DNA of 64,000 nucleotides, taken from the NCBI RefSeq assembly GCF_001677475.2, contig NZ_CP015229.1. One strand, given 5' to 3'. Both the position numbers and the translations under genes were made by a program. This DNA comes from Escherichia coli (lineage in GTDB: Bacteria; Pseudomonadota; Gammaproteobacteria; Enterobacterales; Enterobacteriaceae). Within the stretch, counting starts at the first letter, position 1, and the number at the start of each line of letters is the position of its first letter. Below, piece by piece: positions 58,404 through 64,000 of this stretch. The notes under the pieces are model-generated. The model saw only the letters and a program-made list of their open reading frames with translations, ran no database searches and had not been told where the DNA came from.

Positions 58404-58481
58404 TGCGTATCTGCGCACGTCGAAGATGAAAAAGGCGTGCTACATTGACGACAGAATCCCTTTATGGAGTATCCACGCGTT

Positions 58482-59468
58482 ATGATACGTTTCGCTGTGA
58501 TTGGCACGAACTGGATCACTCGTCAGTTCGTCGAGGCCGCCCATGAGAGCGGTAAATACAAGTTAACCGCCGTTTATTCCCGCAGCCTTGAACAGGCTCA
58601 GCACTTCGCCAATGATTTTTCTGTCGAGCATCTGTTTACATCGCTGGAAGCGATGACGGAAAGCGATGCCATTGACGCGGTGTATATTGCCAGCCCGAAT
58701 GCCCTGCACTTTTCCCAGACACAACTTTTCCTTAGCCATAAAATTCATGTGATTTGCGAGAAGCCGCTGGCGTCGAATCTGGCGGAAGTGGATGCCGCCA
58801 TTGCCTGCGCACGAGAAAATCAGGTGGTGCTGTTTGAGGCATTTAAAACCGCCAGCCTGCCGAACTTTCATCTGTTACGCCAGGTGCTGCCGAAAGTCGG
58901 CAAATTGCGTAAAGTCTTTTTCAACTACTGCCAGTATTCCTCGCGGTATCAGCGTTATCTGGACGGCGAGAATCCCAACACCTTTAACCCGGCGTTCTCT
59001 AACGGTTCAATCATGGATATCGGCTTTTACTGCCTGGCGTCGGCGGTGGCGTTATTTGGTGAACCGAAAAGCGTGCAGGCAACCGCCAGTTTGCTGGCAA
59101 GCGGCGTGGATGCCCACGGCGTGGTAGTGATGGATTACGGTGATTTCAGCGTTACGTTGCAGCACTCAAAGGTCAGCGATTCTGTGCTGGCAAGCGAGAT
59201 TCAAGGCGAAGCGGGATCGCTGGTGATTGAAAAACTTTCTGAATGCCAGAAAGTCTGCTTTGTGCCACGCGGCAGCCAGATGCAGGATCTCACCCAACCG
59301 CAGCATATTAATACCATGCTCTACGAAGCAGAGCTGTTCGCTACCCTGGTGGATGAGCATCTGGTGGATCATCCAGGGCTGGCGGTCAGTCGCATCACCG
59401 CCAAACTGCTGACCGAGATTCGCCGCCAGACTGGGGTGATTTTTCCGGCAGATAGCGTAAAACTATAA
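58482..59468 (+). CDS. ygjR: Gfo/Idh/MocA-family oxidoreductase
   Basis: Recognised N-terminus MIRFAVIGTNWITRQF (NAD-binding Rossmann start) at 58482; 328 aa. Confidence 0.82.
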   Translation: MIRFAVIGTNWITRQFVEAAHESGKYKLTAVYSRSLEQAQHFANDFSVEHLFTSLEAMTESDAIDAVYIASPNALHFSQTQLFLSHKIHVICEKPLASNLAEVDAAIACARENQVVLFEAFKTASLPNFHLLRQVLPKVGKLRKVFFNYCQYSSRYQRYLDGENPNTFNPAFSNGSIMDIGFYCLASAVALFGEPKSVQATASLLASGVDAHGVVVMDYGDFSVTLQHSKVSDSVLASEIQGEAGSLVIEKLSECQKVCFVPRGSQMQDLTQPQHINTMLYEAELFATLVDEHLVDHPGLAVSRITAKLLTEIRRQTGVIFPADSVKL

Positions 59469-59519
59469 TTGCCAAAGTAAAACAGTGTAAAAGGTATGTA
59501 ACAGACCATTGACTGGCTG

Positions 59520-59751
59520 AATGGTCTGTCATACTTTGTTACCTGCAAAGGGGAGTAACTTCATTGCCGGTCGATCGTCATTACGATGTGTGAAAAACCA
59601 CATCCGGTCACCGGGCAACCCGAAAGGAATACGCAGACGTATTCCTTTTTTGTTGTAAGTGAGACCTTGCCGGAAGGCGAGGTCTATGCATAAAAAGCAG
59701 CGGCTGACGTCTTCCGACGTTGGCCGTTTTTTTTATGTGTAAGGAACTTCT
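59520..59751 (+). ncRNA. alx 5' leader: pH-responsive element / yybP-ykoY-type Mn2+ riboswitch
   Basis: Long structured untranslated leader before alx with a terminator-like hairpin and U-tract (gcggctgacgtcttccgacgttggccgtttttttt) just before the ATG; assignment from established knowledge of the alx locus. Boundaries approximate. Confidence 0.55.
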
Positions 59752-60717
59752 ATGAATACTGTCGGCACGCCGTTGCTATGGGGCGGATTCGCTGTTGTTG
59801 TCGCCATTATGCTGGCTATCGACCTGTTGTTGCAGGGGCGTCGTGGGGCACATGCCATGACCATGAAACAGGCTGCGGCCTGGTCGCTGGTCTGGGTGAC
59901 GCTGTCGTTACTGTTTAACGCCGCTTTCTGGTGGTATCTGGTGCAGACACAGGGGCGCGAAGTCGCTGACCCGCAGGCGCTGGCCTTCCTCACGGGTTAT
60001 CTGATTGAGAAATCGCTGGCGGTCGATAACGTCTTCGTCTGGTTAATGTTGTTCAGCTATTTCTCTGTTCCGGCGGCATTACAGCGCCGCGTGCTGGTGT
60101 ATGGCGTGCTCGGGGCGATTGTTCTGCGTACCGTCATGATCTTCACCGGTAGCTGGCTGATTTCGCAGTTCGACTGGATCCTGTATATCTTCGGTGCCTT
60201 CCTGCTGTTTACCGGCGTGAAAATGGCGCTGGCCCATGAAGATGAATCAGGCATTGGCGACAAGCCGCTGGTGCGTTGGCTGCGCGGTCATTTGCGCATG
60301 ACCGACACCATAGACAACGAGCATTTCTTTGTGCGTAAGAATGGCTTGCTGTATGCCACGCCGCTGATGCTGGTGCTGATTCTGGTGGAATTGAGCGACG
60401 TGATTTTCGCCGTGGATAGCATCCCGGCTATCTTCGCCGTGACCACTGACCCGTTCATTGTGCTGACCTCAAACCTGTTTGCGATCCTCGGCCTGCGTGC
60501 GATGTATTTCCTGCTGGCGGGCGTAGCAGAGCGTTTCTCGATGCTCAAATATGGCCTGGCGGTGATTCTGGTGTTTATCGGTATCAAGATGCTGATTGTC
60601 GACTTCTACCATATTCCGATCGCCGTTTCGCTGGGCGTGGTGTTTGGCATTCTGGTGATGACATTTATTATCAACGCCTGGGTGAATTATCGGCATGATA
60701 AGCAGCGGGGAGAATGA
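59752..60717 (+). CDS. alx: TerC-family membrane protein (putative Mn2+ exporter)
   Basis: 321-aa polytopic membrane ORF. Confidence 0.88.
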   Translation: MNTVGTPLLWGGFAVVVAIMLAIDLLLQGRRGAHAMTMKQAAAWSLVWVTLSLLFNAAFWWYLVQTQGREVADPQALAFLTGYLIEKSLAVDNVFVWLMLFSYFSVPAALQRRVLVYGVLGAIVLRTVMIFTGSWLISQFDWILYIFGAFLLFTGVKMALAHEDESGIGDKPLVRWLRGHLRMTDTIDNEHFFVRKNGLLYATPLMLVLILVELSDVIFAVDSIPAIFAVTTDPFIVLTSNLFAILGLRAMYFLLAGVAERFSMLKYGLAVILVFIGIKMLIVDFYHIPIAVSLGVVFGILVMTFIINAWVNYRHDKQRGE

Positions 60718-60815
60718 TTCGCTGTATATTAAGCCATTACTAGAGATAACTCATTCCAGACAAAGGTGAGCTATTAATTATGTAATCGGCTTATAGCTCT
60801 TTACAAAAAGACCGC

Positions 60816-61070
60816 ACTGGTGTTGGTGGCGTCAAAATCGCCGAAGCGTTCCCTGGAGGCCGGGGCGACGCGCATGGATGCGCGGCGAGGGCGCATCTTA
60901 CAGGGACGTTCCCTTGCGCCCGACCCGGTAGCCGCAAGGGATAAGCTGAGGGAACCGCGCAGCGGCGATTTTGTTCGCCAGAGCCTGGGGGTGCAGGGGG
61001 CGGCGGCGATTGGCCGCCCCCTGCGCGCTCCCTGCGCCAGTGACTTTATATGGCATAGCACATTAAAGGA
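60816..61070. repeat. GC-rich palindromic intergenic element
   Basis: Dense imperfect palindromes (e.g. gggggcggcggcgattggccgccccc, agggacgttccct) between alx and sstT; both overlapping ORFs in the track look non-coding. Confidence 0.4.
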
Positions 61071-61332
61071 GCGCAACCGTTCTCATATTCCAAATAGTTT
61101 TGCCCATATGTTATCTAATCAGCCTTAGTAGCCAGTCCTTCCCTCTGTTTATGTCAAATAAATGTAACCATTAAGTTGCAAAATATGACCTCTCTTTAAA
61201 ATCCAGCATTTTTCGCTTCCCGAAGCTGTAACTTTCCTTATACTCGACCTTGCAAACACTTTGTTACATCCTGAAAGATGCGTCGACAGAACGCACCAGG
61301 GATGTGCGACAACACAATGAAAGGATCGAAAA

Positions 61333-62577
61333 ATGACTACGCAACGTTCACCGGGGCTATTCCGGCGTCTGGCTCATGGCAGCCTGGTAAAACAAATCCT
61401 GGTCGGCCTTGTTCTGGGGATTCTTCTGGCATGGATCTCAAAACCCGCGGCGGAAGCTGTTGGTCTGTTAGGTACTTTGTTCGTCGGCGCACTGAAAGCC
61501 GTTGCCCCCATCCTGGTGTTGATGCTGGTGATGGCATCTATTGCTAACCACCAGCACGGGCAGAAAACCAATATCCGCCCTATTTTGTTCCTCTATCTGC
61601 TGGGTACCTTCTCTGCTGCTCTGGCCGCAGTCGTTTTCAGCTTCGCCTTCCCTTCTACCCTGCACTTGTCCAGTAGCGCGGGTGATATTTCGCCGCCGTC
61701 AGGCATTGTCGAAGTGATGCGCGGGCTGGTAATGAGCATGGTTTCCAACCCCATCGACGCGCTGCTGAAAGGTAACTACATCGGGATCCTGGTGTGGGCA
61801 ATTGGCCTCGGTTTCGCACTGCGTCACGGTAACGAGACCACCAAAAACCTGGTCAACGATATGTCGAATGCCGTCACCTTTATGGTGAAACTGGTCATTC
61901 GCTTCGCACCGATCGGTATTTTTGGGCTGGTATCTTCTACCCTGGCAACCACCGGTTTCTCCACACTGTGGGGCTACGCGCAACTGTTGGTCGTGCTGGT
62001 TGGCTGTATGTTACTGGTGGCGCTGGTGGTTAACCCATTGCTGGTGTGGTGGAAAATTCGTCGTAACCCGTTCCCGCTGGTGCTGCTGTGCCTGCGCGAA
62101 AGCGGCGTGTACTCCTTCTTCACCCGCAGCTCTGCGGCGAACATTCCGGTGAATATGGCGCTGTGCGAAAAGCTGAATCTGGATCGCGATACCTATTCCG
62201 TTTCTATTCCGCTGGGAGCCACCATCAATATGGCGGGCGCAGCAATCACCATTACGGTGTTGACGCTTGCTGCGGTTAATACGCTGGGTATTCCGGTCGA
62301 TCTGCCTACGGCGCTGCTGTTGAGCGTAGTGGCTTCCCTGTGTGCCTGTGGTGCCTCCGGCGTGGCGGGGGGGTCTCTGCTGCTGATCCCACTGGCCTGT
62401 AATATGTTCGGTATTTCGAACGATATCGCCATGCAGGTGGTTGCCGTCGGCTTTATCATCGGCGTATTGCAGGACTCTTGCGAAACCGCGCTGAACTCTT
62501 CAACTGACGTGCTATTCACTGCGGCAGCTTGCCAGGCAGAAGACGATCGTCTGGCAAATAGCGCCCTGCGTAATTAA
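61333..62577 (+). CDS. sstT: Serine/threonine:Na+ symporter
   Basis: 414-aa polytopic membrane [24 protein letters not shown]... Confidence 0.9.
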   Translation: MTTQRSPGLFRRLAHGSLVKQILVGLVLGILLAWISKPAAEAVGLLGTLFVGALKAVAPILVLMLVMASIANHQHGQKTNIRPILFLYLLGTFSAALAAVVFSFAFPSTLHLSSSAGDISPPSGIVEVMRGLVMSMVSNPIDALLKGNYIGILVWAIGLGFALRHGNETTKNLVNDMSNAVTFMVKLVIRFAPIGIFGLVSSTLATTGFSTLWGYAQLLVVLVGCMLLVALVVNPLLVWWKIRRNPFPLVLLCLRESGVYSFFTRSSAANIPVNMALCEKLNLDRDTYSVSIPLGATINMAGAAITITVLTLAAVNTLGIPVDLPTALLLSVVASLCACGASGVAGGSLLLIPLACNMFGISNDIAMQVVAVGFIIGVLQDSCETALNSSTDVLFTAAACQAEDDRLANSALRN

Positions 62578-62581
62578 TTGT

Positions 62582-63133
62582 TTAACCCCTTTCGTCTACG
62601 GCGGAAGGGGTTTTCTCCACTTTAAACGGATCAATTCCCCTTTTCTGCATCCGCCAGAAACGAATGATATTCAGGCCATTCATTAGCAGAAAACTGCCCT
62701 CAATCATCGTGCCGCCAATCGACCCCGCCCAGAAGTTGTGAATCACCCAGCAACACGTTGAAAACCACATCACGCAGCGCATGGTCAGCCCTTTACAGCG
62801 GAACAGCGCCCAGGTACTGACAATCGTGCCAATAACCGGCAATAGTTCAACAGGATGATGGAACTTCGCCAGGCCGATTCCGCCAGTCAGCACAATAAAT
62901 ATCGCCATTACCCATAAGCTGCGCGTGCGTAAGGTAATCAACGTACGAATAGCATTAAGGATGGCACTGGCACCGGCAGGATAAGTGCCCAGGAGGAAAA
63001 AATGCACGCCAATAACGGCGCTATAGACCGAAAGCTGCTTTTTGAAGCGACGTTCGTCACGGTTAAAAAATGTAGTGATACCAATCAGAAAGGCGATGAC
63101 ACCCACGCCCTGGGCCAGCCAATACGCGGTCAT
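62582..63133 (-). CDS. ygjV: Inner-membrane protein YgjV
   Basis: 183-aa hydrophobic ORF. Confidence 0.85.
   Translation of the reverse strand: MTAYWLAQGVGVIAFLIGITTFFNRDERRFKKQLSVYSAVIGVHFFLLGTYPAGASAILNAIRTLITLRTRSLWVMAIFIVLTGGIGLAKFHHPVELLPVIGTIVSTWALFRCKGLTMRCVMWFSTCCWVIHNFWAGSIGGTMIEGSFLLMNGLNIIRFWRMQKRGIDPFKVEKTPSAVDERG
62583..62615. terminator. Bidirectional intrinsic terminator between sstT and ygjV
   Basis: aaccccttt-cgtctacggcgg-aaggggtt hairpin flanked by T/A runs. Confidence 0.55.
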
Positions 63134-63215
63134 GATAAATCCTTAACAGGTATGGAAAAGCAAACGGCGCTTCACATTATGAAACGCCGTTTTTTATTAA
63201 CAACTCATTTCGACT

Positions 63216-64000
63216 TTATAGCGTTACGCCGCTTTTGAAGATCGCCAGTTCGCGGAAGTCGTTACGCTCGTTACAGGTTTGCTTACCGTTGGCAAACTCA
63301 ACGATGGTATCGATAAATTCTTCCAGCAACTGCGGCATCGCTTTACCGTGGATCAGCTGACCTGCGTCAAAGTCGATCCAGTGTTTTTTCTTCGCCGCCA
63401 GTTCACTGTTGGTGGCGATTTTCACCGTCGGCACAAATCCACCATACGGCGTGCCACGACCAGTACTGAACAGCACCATATGGCAGCCCGCACCCGCCAG
63501 GGCGCTGGTCGCTACGGCATCGTTACCCGGTGCACTTAACAAGTTCAGCCCCGGCGTTTTCAGACGCTCGCCGTAACGCAGCACGTCAACCACGACACTG
63601 GAACCCGCTTTCTGGGTACAGCCAAGTGATTTGTCTTCCAGCGTGGTGATACCGCCCGCTTTGTTCCCCGGCGATGGGTTTTCGTAGATCGGCTGGTCAT
63701 GGGCAATAAAGTACTGTTTGAAGTCGTTGACCATAGTGACCAGTTTTTCAAACGTTGCTTCGTCGCGGCAATGATCCATCAGCAACTGCTCTGCGCCAAA
63801 CATCTCCGGCACTTCGGTCAGTACGGTAGTACCGCCGTTAGCAATCACGTAGTCAGAGAAACGCCCCAGCATCGGGTTAGCAGTAATACCAGAAAGACCG
63901 TCAGAACCACCGCACTCCAGACCAAACTTCAGTTCGCTGAGTTTGCCTGGCTCGCGTTTATCGTTGCGCATCACGTTATACAGCTGATGCAAATGCTCGA
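63216..64000 (-). CDS. uxaA: Altronate dehydratase, C-terminal part (gene start lies beyond window end)
   Basis: Open frame runs to the window edge; C-terminal sequence ...GKAMPQLLEEFIDTIVEFANGKQTCNERNDFRELAIFKSGVTL; preceded by a terminator hairpin at ~63165-63197. Confidence 0.85.
   Translation of the reverse strand, partial: EHLHQLYNVMRNDKREPGKLSELKFGLECGGSDGLSGITANPMLGRFSDYVIANGGTTVLTEVPEMFGAEQLLMDHCRDEATFEKLVTMVNDFKQYFIAHDQPIYENPSPGNKAGGITTLEDKSLGCTQKAGSSVVVDVLRYGERLKTPGLNLLSAPGNDAVATSALAGAGCHMVLFSTGRGTPYGGFVPTVKIATNSELAAKKKHWIDFDAGQLIHGKAMPQLLEEFIDTIVEFANGKQTCNERNDFRELAIFKSGVTL

Noticed and set aside
60801-61128. ORFs of 91 aa and 102 aa within the GC-rich alx-sstT element
   Set aside because: Arg/Ala/Gly-rich translations produced by GC-rich palindromic DNA; no RBS; treated as non-coding repeat.

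Overview
This window is an Escherichia coli-type chromosomal segment with a conserved backbone (yqiJ-yqiK, hldE-glnE-ygiF, ygiM-cca, uppP, folB, plsY, ttdR-ttdABT, tsaD, rpsU-dnaG-rpoD, mug, ileX, then yqjH ... uxaA) interrupted by two accessory insertions. All calls rest on reading the sequence and recognising protein families from memory; no database search was run. (1) A ~13.6 kb phage-satellite / PICI-like island (22552-36141) sits in the 3' end of tRNA-Ile(CAU) and is bounded by a 49-bp direct repeat. It carries a tyrosine integrase, an AlpA/excisionase-like regulator, a P4-type primase-helicase next to an array of TGTTCACC iterons, an SSB, a lambda-like cos site with a Nu1-like small terminase gene split by an IS21-family element, lambda E-like and D-like capsid genes, and several orphan genes. 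The strongest candidate for an undescribed function is an AT-rich 241-aa gene beside the integrase. (2) A ~1.7 kb insertion between ygjK and fadH encodes a 513-aa protein built from three tandem ~135-aa repeats plus a proline-rich basic tail. A single ibs/sib type I toxin-antitoxin copy, REP/BIME clusters and the alx leader are also present.
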